In this document: positions 23,501 through 34,672 of the stretch, piece after piece
How the letters are laid out: each line of letters begins with the position of its first letter
Position numbering within the stretch: the first letter of the stretch is position 1
Assembly: GCA_002269645.1 (NCBI GenBank)
Contig: NIVC01000038.1
Location: forward strand, 124,001 to 188,000
From: Macrostomum lignano
Taxonomy: Eukaryota
Reading direction: 5' to 3'
DNA length: 64,000 bases
Made by a program: the position numbers and the translations under genes
The notes under the pieces: generated by a model
Databases searched by the model: none
Told to the model about the DNA's origin: nothing
Seen by the model: the letters and a program-made list of their open reading frames with translations, nothing else

Positions 23501-26500
23501 GCGCAATTTCCCTATTTCTCATGTTGCTATGCCGGTCTCATGCTTCTCATCATGACTCATTCTGACGTCATTCTGCCGGCAGCCAATCAGAGAGAGGGAG
23601 CCATGGTAACGACCTTGAGGAGGCGGCTGTGAGGTCTATAAAAGGAAGCGATTTCGGCATGAGAATCCTCAGACTTTTCCACCTTTTCGCCTCTTTGGGC
23701 TTGCCGTCAGACTGAGTTCTGACCCATTCGTCTATAAGACGAATCCCTGCCGGTCCGCGGTCTGTTACCGCCAAGTTATCCTTAGCTCCCCAAGTGAGCT
23801 CGCCTATCGGCCAGCGGTCTGATACCGCCCAGCATCATCAGCATCGCCTGATCTACATCAGCGCCTCGTCGCTCCAGCGCATCGCCGCTTCACTGTCTGC
23901 CTGACCGCAGCCTACAGCCACCCTCGGTCACTCCGCCTCTCTCTCTCTGTGCAGCTGCCGGTAAGTTCCTGTTACTAATTTGTGCTCTAATTGCCTTTGC
24001 TTATCCGGGGTTTGCCTATTTTCCATTGTCTGATTAGAGAGCTGAGCCAATTGTGATACCGTATCTCTTGCTGTATTTTACTCAATAGTGAAGCCGCCTA
24101 ATTGCCTGATTATTCGCCTAAGGGCCTAATTATAAACTATTAACTAACTTCATCATTATTCAATCTTTCACCATCATTTGACTCATGGCTTGCTAAGCTT
24201 TCCTCCCGGGGTGGCAAAGCATAAGGAAGTTTGGGTAAGCTAATGGCCTCTCCCCGTGCAAAGCCCGCCTGTGAGTGCGTGCTGCGGGGCCGCGTGTGCG
24301 TGCAGTAGAGGGATTAGCGAGTCTTGGCACAGAATGGCAGCAGAAAGGTTGCAACCCCATGCTGACGCGTCCCTTCGCCCTGAGCAATCTAAACTGTAGA
24401 CATTACATGTTCGCCTCATACTACTCTTAGTAATCAAAGTCGCAAGTCAGCCTCGCTCACAGCCACAAAGGATCCCCTGCTGAGAAATCCTCCAGGATTG
24501 AGCCCAGAGTTCCCGATCATGCCCCAAGCAGAGTCCCTGTACTCGGCTGCATGCGTCTCCCCTGTTAGCCTAAATCCCCTGGTAACCAATCCAGGCGGGG
24601 CTCTAGCCTCGAGAGGTCTGGTCGTAAGATCCAGGTGCGCCAGGTCACATAGAGTGGTGGCAGCCATTCGGTCACCCTGTGACCGAGTGACCAATTATTG
24701 CACCTTGGCTACAGGTGGGGTCCATGTGGGTCCTTGGCCCTCTGGTCACGAAAGCGCTACCAGAACTATCAATCATGTGGGCAGGAAAGTCTGGTGCTGG
24801 AGGTCCGTCAGGTCGTTGCCCGGTCATAGGCAGCCTACGGTCATTGCCCCCTCTAGTCATGCGTTCGTCTCTCTACGGAGCGGACAGGTGACAAGGGCGG
24901 TTACATCACGATTACAAATTCAAAACAAACACATTCTGGTAAAATGTCAATAAAAAGCAGTCTTGGCTCTCGGAGCTAAGAGAAGTTCTTTGCATCAATT
25001 TAACTCAAACAAGCCACTGACTTTTTTAGTAAGTGAGATTTGAAAAAGAAATTTTTTAAGAAATTCACTAACACTCATCAAAAGCCAAACATAGCCGAAT
25101 GAAATCAACATCGTCATTTCAGATTCAGCTGCGACTGCTCTCGCGTCGACTTCCAAGGCGCCACCTGCAGCTCCAAGATCGATGACTGCGCGTCGAGCCC
25201 GTGCCAGCACGGCGGCAGGTGCACCGACGGTGTGAGGAGCTTCACCTGCGACTGCACAGACACGGGATTCACAGGTGACAGGTGTCAAAACAACATTGAC
25301 GACTGCGCCAGCAACCCGTGCAGCCACAACGCCACCTGCACTGACGGGCTCAGAGACTTCAGCTGCAGCTGCTTCAGCGGCTACTCGGGAAAGAACTGCT
25401 CCGATGACGAGCCGGACTGCTCGCCGAATCCGTGCCAGTTCGGTGGCGCCTGTCTGGAGCGCAGCAACCAGAATCTGTATGGAAACTCGCCGCTGCCAGC
25501 ACCGTTCAACGGCAGCTTCAGCTACGCGCTGGCTGCCGGGTTCGTCTGCCTCTGCCCACATGGTGAGGAGGTCGTGTACATCCTATTAAGTGTGTAGATT
25601 CTAATCCATAAGCATATTTGATTAACTGCAACAGGTACCTACGGAGACAACTGCTCCATCAACCCGAACGACTGTCTGGATCCGGCCACCAACCGCAGCG
25701 CGTGCGCTCACGCGTCAAACTGCACGGACGGCCTGGCCTCATTCACCTGCCACTGCCTGCCCGGCTACGAGGGCCCGACCTGCTCAGTCGACATCAACGA
25801 GTGCGAGCGCTTCGGACAGCCGTGTAGGAACGGAGCCGTCTGCAAGGACCTGGTAGCGGATTATGCCTGCACCGGCTGCCCCGCTGACTACGGAGGCAAA
25901 AACTGCAGCGTCAGACTGACTGGCTGCGACTACAGCCCATGTCACATAAATGCTACTTGCGAGCCGCTGCTTCTTCGCGAGCTGCCGTCACCTGCTCACG
26001 GCTACCGCTGCACCTGCAAGCCTGGCTGGTCTGGATCGCAGTGCAACGAGACCACTCTGGCGTCATTGAACGGGACGTCCAGTTTCAGCGCCAATTTTAG
26101 TACAACAGCTGACTGCACCTTCGAGCTGTCATTTCGCACGAGTCTCGCTCACTTCGATCTGGTCCGGCTCTCGTCTCACTGGGGAGAAATTCGAGTCGGC
26201 GCTCACGACTCCAGTCTCGTGCTGTTGTTCTTCAATGCCTCATCGTCTGTGATTGGTCAAGCCGCTTGGCCAATCAGTGCCAGCTTGGCCTCTACTGATT
26301 GGCTGACACTGTCGGTCTCGCTGACCAATGGCAGAGCGACATTGAGTCACAGTGAGTCAGGAGTGACTCAATTGCCTGGAGAACAGCTAGTGGACGGACT
26401 GTCGGACTCATTCAAGCCAAACAGTCGACTGTCAGTTCGTGTCGGCGGCGAGAGCGGATCCGGCATCGACAGCGGCGGCTTCCGCGGCTGCGTGAGAGAC

Positions 26501-29500
26501 CTGCGGCTCGTGACGGACGATTCGATGATCGTCGCTACGAAGACCACGACAGAGTCGAGCAACGTGACTTGGGGAGTCTGCAGTCGGTCGATGCAGTGCG
26601 GCAGCCCGTCGCCTTGTGAAGCAAAGACGAGCTCGATGTGCTCAGATGTGTGGAACGACTTTGTGTGCCACTGCGCTGCGGACTTCGGAGGCCGGCGCTG
26701 CTCCGTTGAGCTTCCATCGTTCTCACTGGGTGTGGGCGGCAGCGTGTCATCAGCGATGTTCGCGTCTGCAGCAGGTGTGTCAAGTGTGTATGGCGGAGAC
26801 TCGTGGACGATTGAGCTGAGGCTGGTGACTTTGTCTCGAGGAGCGTTTCTGCTGCTGCTGGGCGACCCGAGCGACTCGGCGACCACTCCGAGACTGCTCG
26901 CTACGGTCAGTGTCATTGTGGTACTCCTCTGTAGATGTTCAAGGTGTTTTAACGTCAGTTTTTCTTTTAAATCTTTTCAGATCGATCACTCTGGTCGTCT
27001 ATCCGCCAAGTTACTGCACGGCAACGGCTCCCTCATTGTAGCGCTGACGTCATCAGACTCGGTGGCCACCGGCAGCTTCGTCTCCGTGAAGATCTCCGTG
27101 TCGATATCGGGTCGCTCGCTGTCGCTGTCAGTGTCATCTTCAGTCAGGTCGGCATCGCTGAGCAGTGCGAGTCCGCTGCCGCAGCCGTCAGGCCAGCTCA
27201 TCATCGGCGGCTTCAGCGGTCTTCGAGCAGCTCCGGCTCCGTCGCCCGATTCCACAGGCCGGGCCGCTTCGAGAACAAAGAGATCGGTAGATGTCTCGCT
27301 GTCCAGAGTTGCTTCAGCGGCAGGAAATGTCACCGCGTTTCGGGGCTCGCTGAGGTCAATCAAGGTGAACGGTGACACTCCACTGATTCTGGTTGCTGGG
27401 AATGACAGCTTCGAGGGCCTCACAGGTGCCGTGGTAGCCAGCGAGTCGACAGAGATTGTCCCAGGCATTTTCAACAAGACCGTGTGCGAAGAGTTTCGAC
27501 CTTGTAGAAATGGAGCGACCTGCACTAACGGGCTCTACTATTCGTACCGGTGAGTTTATTGTCAATGTCTTTAGTTAAACACTTTTGCTGCAGTCCATGG
27601 CTAATCTTCATTGATACCACCTGATGCCTCAATTTCAGCTGCGTTTGCCACCCGGGCTACTCGGGCGAGGACTGCTCTGTCGACCATCCTGACTGCAGCT
27701 CGAATCCGTGCGGCGCAGACTCGTTCTGTCTGGAGCGAAGCATTGAAGCTTTGTACAGCAATGCGTCCAGCCTGGCGCCGTTCAACGGCTCCTTCAGCCA
27801 CTCGAAGGCTGCCGGCTTTGAGTGCGTGCGCATAATGGCACCGAGTGAGACTGCCGCCAGTAGTGAGGCTGCCGCCAGTAAGTAGTGAGGCTGCCGCCAA
27901 TAAGTAGTGAGGCTGTCGCTAGTGAGTAGTGAGGCTGTCGCTAGTGAGTAGTGAGGCTGTCGCTAGTGAGTAGTGAGGCTGTCACCAGTAAGTAGTGAGG
28001 CTTTCGCCAGTAAGTAGTGAGGCTGCCGCCAGTAAGTAGTGAGGCTATCGCCAGCAAGTAGTGAGGCTGTCGCTAGTGAGTAGTGAGGCTTCCGCCAGTA
28101 AGTAGTTAGGCTGCCGCCAGTAAGTAGTGAGGCTGCAGCCAGTAAGTAGTGAGGCTGTCACCAGTAAGTAGTGAGGCTTCCTCCAGTAAGTAGTGAGGCT
28201 TCCGCCAGTAAGTAGTGAGGCTGCAGCCAGTAAGTAGTGAAGCTGTCGCCAGTAAGTAGAGAGGTTGCCGCCAGTAAGTAGTGAGGCTGCTGCTAGTAAG
28301 TAGGGAAGCTGCCTTAGTCTTAGAGGGATTAAGTGCAGTCAATGAAATGTAGCTTCAGTAATATCTGGCTTGTTGGTCATAAATGCGTTTACTTTAAGCG
28401 AATGTCAACTCTTTATTGCCCGCTAGCAATTGCGCTGTGTATCTCAAAGTCCCATCAGCCAAGACAGATTTATCCATTTCGTTGCGAAATCGGTTTTCAT
28501 GTCTGAAAGGCCTAACTGCAGATTTGCTCGAGTTTTGTGTCAAAAACCGTGTCGGAACAATTGATCGTTGCGATGCCACGATGCTCATACTTCAATAGTC
28601 TCATTCAATCGAACCCTTTACCTATTACAGATGACTTTCTTCCCACGTGGGCAATTGCGGCCATTGCTGTGGCAATCTTCTTATTTGGAGTTCTTCTGAC
28701 AGTTTCCGTGTTCCTCCTGCTGCTCAACCGGCATCGAAACGTGGGTCTTCGCGCGCCAGTCATTTTAATAAAACCCTACGAGTATATACAAATGCCTAAT
28801 TATCATCATAAATATAAATTTCAGGGCAAGCTGTCACTTGGATATTTCGAGAGACAGGTATTCCCTCTATTATCGTAAAACAGTCAAAATTATTGTATAT
28901 TTACTGATTAGATATTGTTTCTTCACCTTTGAGGCCCCCGTTCTGGAGAATGCGAAACGAAGAAGTGCAGCGAAGGTTTTGAGCGATCTGAGAGACCGTC
29001 TGAGCTCGCGGAGTGAGCACACCTACCTGACATCCGACAGGCGTCCGGTGAGACCTCTGCTCCCAGTCATGCTGATGGCCTCATCATGAAAAATATTGTG
29101 ACACTATAGCCTGATTGTATCTGCTTAAGCAAATTCTTGGCATAAATTTGTTAAAATGCACTTTTGCTAAAAAGTGTAACGTTTAGAGAGATACGAGCCA
29201 GATGGATGGACAGATTAGTAGATTTACTATCTAGGTACGAGTGTAGATGAAGAAATGAATTATATTTTGTACACTAATAACTACTAACTTCATGAATTTG
29301 CAGCAAATATCTACCGTCGAAAAGTACGAAATGGCTCCATACGATGTGATCAACGATGCGGAGACAAAGCCGGATGAAGTCTCTCCTGAGCAGGTTTGCT
29401 ACTCGCAATTGATTTGTTTGCCTACCAGAAAGAGTTGCGCTGAGCAAACTGTGAGCAGCAATTCCTGCTTCAACCCGCTGTAGGAAGTCGAACCTGCGGC

Positions 29501-29633
29501 CGGCTCCAATCGGTTCAACAGCGAGCTGTCATCAGCCTACGATGTGATCCCGGACCTGACAGTGGGCCAGAAGCAGCAGGGACAGAAAACAGATCAGCAG
29601 CTCAAGAATAATCAACCAGATGAGTACTGCTGA
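17560..29633 (+). CDS. Copy B receptor, predicted intact, 1312 aa, 13 N-terminal EGF. Exons 17560-17656 (signal type B), 17724-18011, 20631-20823, 21545-21889, 25123-25562, 25635-26905, 26981-27549, 27639-27877, 28631-28740 (TM), 28825-28857, 28934-29047, 29304-29393, 29484-29633
   Basis: Signal peptide MSSEIRLPTLILVLTLAWHRASCAS; exon phases compatible; exons sum to 3939 nt (multiple of 3); Crumbs-type EGF with FSY..AAGF.C insert and RLTGC...HG.RC...TTLASF EGF-LamG junction. Confidence 0.85.
19030..20395 (+). repeat. 21-bp minisatellite (CCCATCCATCATCTCACAGA[A/T])n, ~65 units, in intron 2 of copy B
   Basis: Visible; generates the HHLTDPI/IISQIPS ORFs. Confidence 0.97.
22060..22285 (+). repeat. 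24-bp GT-rich minisatellite (GGGTTGGGTTGTGGTTGAGTG[C/T]TT)n
   Basis: Visible; one unit at the paralogous intron site ~20880-20920. Confidence 0.9.
22705..24908. mobile_element. Solo-LTR-like element 2 (2204 bp; TGATGTAACC...GGTTACATCA; perfect 4-bp TSD CGAT) in an intron of copy B
   Basis: Perfect 10-bp terminal inverted repeat; CGAT at 22701-22704 and 24909-24912; empty site preserved in the duplicated intron at 21321 (TTAGTC-CGAT-TACAAA). Confidence 0.85.
27848..28310 (+). repeat. 22-bp splice-donor minisatellite of copy B, ~21 units
   Basis: Same unit as 2753-3695. Confidence 0.97.
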
Positions 29634-30035
29634 GCTGCTGAGGGCGAGCTGTCAAGTATGGTGTTGTTGCAGCATGATTATTTAACTTTTAAACTGGCAA
29701 ACTTTTTAGCCATTTTTAGGGTTCCATACTTTAGTAAAATAATTATTATTCTGTACAAAACACTTTGCTGATTGTCTTTTTGAGCCAGCTTATGCTACTG
29801 ATACTGCAGATCTCGCTGACATGGTGGCTTCCATCCTATATACTAAAAATGAGTTGTCTGTATATCTATATGGGAATGTGATTGATTGCAGATAAAACGG
29901 CTCAACCGATTTTTTGAAACTTATATTCTCAGCGCTTCCGTTGATGAGTTTATTGCACTGCTAATTTTCCTTTTAAAGCTTTTGCACAACGTTTAACGTT
30001 CAATTTATAAATTTTGTTGAGGTAACTTATGTTTA

Positions 30036-30120
30036 AGATATATCGTGGTTTTCAGGTCGGTATTTGTTCGGCTCGAGGGATTTAGAGTGAAATACCGACC
30101 GTAAAAACCATGATATATCT
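30036..30120. repeat. ~30-bp imperfect inverted repeat with ~24-nt loop
   Basis: AGATATATCGTGGTTTTCAGGTCGGTATTT ... AAATACCGACCGTAAAAACCATGATATATCT. Confidence 0.8.
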
Positions 30121-30229
30121 ATTTTAAACACGCCGGAAGGAGCCAAACGAGACAAATCAGTTGCGAAAAGCAGGCAGCGGCCGAGAAAGCGGATCCCAAC
30201 CCCAATGATGGGGAAGGGAAGGAGTAAAA

Positions 30230-31400
30230 GCGGGAAGGCAGTCAGGTGGACGCAGCCTGCAGCTGCGAAGTCATGAAAGAAGCAGAGCGCTGGCGGCGCG
30301 ACAGGGTAAAGCTGGCAGAAAAGTAGCGGAGAACAGCGTCCAATCTCCAGCCCCCAAAAGCCCGAACGTCCGAATCTGACAAGCCGATTTGATGGCGGAA
30401 GCTGGCACCACCAGACAGAAGAGTGGCGCCCTTGGGTCGCTGGCTGGTGACAGGTGCAGGTGAGACCGCAGGGCGCGCACTGGGCAGAGCGGTGACTCTT
30501 GAACAGGTGGCAGAAGAACGACATGCGGCGTCGACCCGAACTGGTTGGTCTTGGACTTAGGGAGGGCCAACTTCCAGCAGCCAGATGAAGCCGACAGGCA
30601 GGCCCGTGAGACAGAGCGGCTGCCGCGGGTCGATAGGAAGTCGCCAAGGCGCAACATGCCCCACCAGCCCACCAGAAGAGCCGCCCAGAAGGCGGCCCTG
30701 AGATCTGCGCTTGAGATGGAGCGCGGGAGCTGCTGATGGATGCTCTTGAGGTGCCCGATGGTCAGCGGCTTCGCCTGTTTGCATCACAGGCCCAGATGAC
30801 GTTTGGCGCCGCGGAGGGCCAGCTGCACGGTGAAGTCTTTCGCTGGGTCGGCGGCGCCGGTGGCTTGGTGCAGAAAAGAGACGGTATGGACGTAGGATCG
30901 GAGGCTGGGGAAGGACCGGAGCCGGGTGCTTACCAGGTGCGCGATGTAGCGGCAGAGCAGGTCACCGTCAGCTGGAGATGAAGGGCGGCCTGCGCTAACA
31001 CAGAAGGCTTCCCAGGAGCGCAGCTAGCTGAGTTAGGATCGCCAGGAGTTCTCCGCCAGGCTGAGGCGGCACAGGTGTCCGGAGGACACAGCGCGGGGGG
31101 CGGGCGGCGTCTCCGGAAGTCGAGGGCGACCTGCAAAAGGAGGCGAGATTGGGAAGCGGCAGAGAGCGCGTGGACGCGTACTCAAGCGGGCAGATCACGA
31201 GCGTACGGTAGTAGCGGCAGCAAAAGTTAATGAGCTCAGACTGCGAGGCAAACATGCGGGAGGCGGCATCAGCAAAAATCTGCATGCGACCAGGAAGGTG
31301 AAAGGCCTCCAAACTGATGCTGTTCCTGATGCACAGCAGAGCCAGAGTCACAGAAATGGCTGCGGAGACAAGCCGGGCCGGGGGCAGAGGCTATAAGCTG
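30230..31400 (-). mobile_element. Degraded DIRS/Ngaro-type tyrosine-recombinase retrotransposon fragment (RNase H C-terminus plus YR)
   Basis: SLEAFHLPGRMQIFADAASR (DIRS RNase H end); YR motifs SLRSYVHTVSFLH, LALRGAKR, GMLRLGDFL, KSKTNQFG, LCPVRAL, RAFGGWRLDAVLRY; internal stop and apparent loss of the HxxR segment. Confidence 0.8.
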
Positions 31401-32594
31401 GCCTGCGCGGCCAACACCCCACACCTCAACCCCCCGCCAAAGTACATCGATATGTACAGCGGCACCCCCGGCCCGTCTAACACACCTTACTCAGAGAGTA
31501 ACGATTGCATTAAACTACTTTTATTTCCGGAATGTTTTCGCATGAATCCCGGAACCCATACCCCCATCAAGTTTGAAGTCCATTTTCGTCTATGGCTGCG
31601 ATGCTCTTAGAATTCTAAATACGCTGCCAGTGAGAGGCCTTGGCTGCGCCCATGGGCCTAAAAGCCATATGTGTTCCCTACCAAGACTTTCGTATTAATC
31701 AAGGAATAATCACTTCTAGCTACCGCTAGGCAACCCAGTAATCAATTAAGGTTATCGCCGACCTTGAAGGCGTTGACTTCTCGTGAGTTGTTCTCCGGAA
31801 CATCTTGCCTTCAGTTAGTGCAGGCGCCTGACTTCTGTAGTTCCAGTCCAAGTTCCTTTTATCTGTCTCGAATCGTCTTCGGCCGGTATCTGTAGCTTGG
31901 TCCAATAGGAAGCTTAGAATCAACAATGGGGATCCCTGCGCTGCGCTGCCGTTTTAAATAAGCCTATTCCTTCTAGCAGTGGATTAATCCACTCTAGGTA
32001 TAGCTCCGGTAATCACTGATAGTCTACTCGAAGCTATCAGGGTAGTCCTTCTGGAGACTACTACCAATGCAGTCTCAAATAGACTCAGTCAAAATGTCAC
32101 TCTTGAGTCCACTAAACAACTAGCGCAAATGAGTATGGCTTACCGCAAATAACTTAACCGAGTCTTGGTCAACTTGGTCTGAAGGAAGCCTCTTGACGGC
32201 TTCCTCTTCGGAGCTCTTCTTCTCTCTGGAAGGATTTCTTGTGGCTCCGGTCCGCTTCGGACCACTTGGGCAATTTTTGTGAAATATAAAAAGCAACATG
32301 AAGATTCATCTTTTCGGTATAAATAGTTATAAATAGTAACATGCTTCATAGTTTTTGTTAAAAATAGTGACTTGATTCACAGTTTAAGTTTTGCTGCGCA
32401 TGTTTGCATTAGTCTACTGACAGTAGCATTTTATGGATAATGATACTCTACATATAGACTATGGGCCATCGCTAAAAAGTGATGAAAAGCGTTCCAACCT
32501 CATTCCAAACTCATCCTAACAGATTCAAAATAGTTCTCTGACTCGATTGCTCAGTTGGAGCAACATTTCATTCTGAACCCGCTGGTAGACTATA

Positions 32595-32790
32595 GCATCG
32601 ATTATGGAAAGAACTGGCCACCACAGTCTCAGTGCCCTGCGTAACTACAAGAGGACCTCGGACATCCAAATCGCAAACTGCAGTGCCATCATCGATGGCA
32701 AGGAGGTTGCGAACATCATGGAGCGGACAGGCCAGACTACCGTGAACTTTAACTTCAAGGACTGCACTGTCACCATCAATAATTAACAGA
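32595..32790 (+). mobile_element. Crypton-like (DUF3504-type) tyrosine recombinase C-terminal fragment
   Basis: IMERTGHHSLSALRNYKRTSDIQIANCSAII matches the TGH-S...Y catalytic end of Crypton-type YRs. Confidence 0.6.
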
Positions 32791-33169
32791 CAAGCCTCCT
32801 ACGCAACTTCGCTCGCTGACACTTTTACACCCCAGACTGAAACTTAATTTATTGCTGACTCCCATCCCCAGCCGTGTTGACTCCAGTCCTCTATAACCCT
32901 AAGCTGACGCTTGCTTTGTTTTGTCGCTTTGTCTATGGTTCAGACTTGTTTGGCATTGACTTAACCAATAAATCCCGAAAATGCTATACGATTGAAAATA
33001 ATAACGTCCCGCAAAGTGACTTGCGGTTTCAATACCTACCAGAAAAAGACCTTGAAAGTGGTTTAAGTAATTTAACTTCTTATAACTAAATTTAGCAAAG
33101 ACTCCAAAACTATAAATTTATTCTGCTTTCAAACATAGTTTAAATATTACTCATGGGCGTGGCGTTTTT

Positions 33170-34672
33170 TGGGGGGTTATTGGCGCCAAAACTGTAGTGA
33201 GAGGGGCGCCAAACCTTCAGTGAGAGGGGCGCCAAACCTCCTGTGAGAGTGGCGCCAAAACTTCTGTAAGTGGGGCGCCAAACCTGCAGTGAGAGGGGCG
33301 CCAAATCTGCAGTGAGAGGGGCGCCAAACCTGCCGTGAGAGGGGCGCGAAACCTGCTGTGAGAGGGGCGCCAAACCTTCTGTAAGTGGGGCGCCAAACCT
33401 GCTGTGAGAGGGGCGCCAAACCTGCCGTGAGAGGGGCGCCAAATCTGCTGTGAGAGGGGCGCAAAACCTGCTGTGAGAAGGGCGCCAAACCTTCTGTAAG
33501 TGGGGCGCCAAACCTGCTGTGAGAGGGGCGCCAAACCTGTAGTGAGAGGGGCGCCAAACCTGCTGTGAGAGGGGCGCAAAACCTGCTGTGAGAAGGGCGC
33601 CAAACCTTCTGTAAGTGGGGCGCCAAACCTGCTGTGAGAGGGGCGCCAAACCTGTAGTGAGAGGGGCGCCAAACCTGCTGTGAGAGGGGCGCAAAACCTG
33701 CTGTGACAGGGGCGCCAAACCTGCTGTGAGAGGGGCGCCAAACCTTCTGTAAGTGGGGCGCCAAACCTGCTGTGAGAGGGGCGCCAAACCTGCCGTGAGA
33801 GGGGCCCCAAACCTGCCGTGAGAGGGGCGCAAAACCTGCTGTGACAGGGGCGCCAAACCTGCTGTGAGAGGGGCGCAAAACCTGCTGTGAGAGGGGCGCC
33901 AAACCTGCAGTGAGAGGGGCGCCAAACCTGCAGTGAGGGGCGCCAAACCTGCCGTGACAGGGGCGCCAAACCTGCCGTGAGGGGCGCCAAACCTGCCGTA
34001 AGGGGCGCCAAACCTGCCGTGAGAGGGGCGCCAAACCTACAGTGAGTGAGGCGTCAAAACTGTAGTGAGAGGGCGCCAAAACTGTAGTGAGAGGGGCGCC
34101 AAACCTGTAGTGAGAGGGGCGCCAAACCTGCTGTGGGAGGGGCGCCAAACCTGTAGTGAGAGGGGCGCCAAAACTGTAGTGAGAGGGGCGCCAAAACTGT
34201 AGTGAGAGGGGCGCCAAACCTGCAGTGAGAGGGGCGCCAAACCTGGAGTATGAGCGGCGCCAAAACTTTAGTGACGGGGGGCGCCAAACCTGCTGTGAGA
34301 GGGGTGCGAAACCTACAGTGAGAGGGGTGCCAAAGCTGTAGTGAGAGGGGCGCCAAATCTGCAGTGAGAGGGGCGCTAAATCTGCAGTGAGAGGGGCGCC
34401 AAACCTGGAGTATGAGCGGCGCCAAAACTTTAGTGACGGGGGGCGCCAAACCTGCTGTGAGAGGGGTGCCAAAGCTGTAGTGAGAGGGGCGCCAAATCTG
34501 CAGTGAGAGGGGCGCTAAATCTGCAGTGAGAGGGGCGCCAAATCTGCAGTGAGAGGGGCGCCAAATCTGTAGTGATAGGGGCGCCAAATCTGCAGTGAGA
34601 GGGGCGCCAAATCTGCAGTGAGAGGGGCGCCAAATCTGCAGTGAGAGGGGCGCCAAATCTGCAGTGAGAGAG
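33170..34672 (+). repeat. 23-bp minisatellite (GAGGGGCGCCAAACCTGCTGTGA)n, ~65 units with recurring variant units; followed by a 14-bp repeat (GTTGCCATAGTGGG) to ~34735
   Basis: Visible tandem repeat; explains the APLTAGL ORFs. Confidence 0.97.

Noticed and set aside
17560-29633. Calling the gene canonical crumbs or Notch
   Set aside because: No GTY/ERLI tail and only two LamG domains; no LNR, HD, RAM or ankyrin domains
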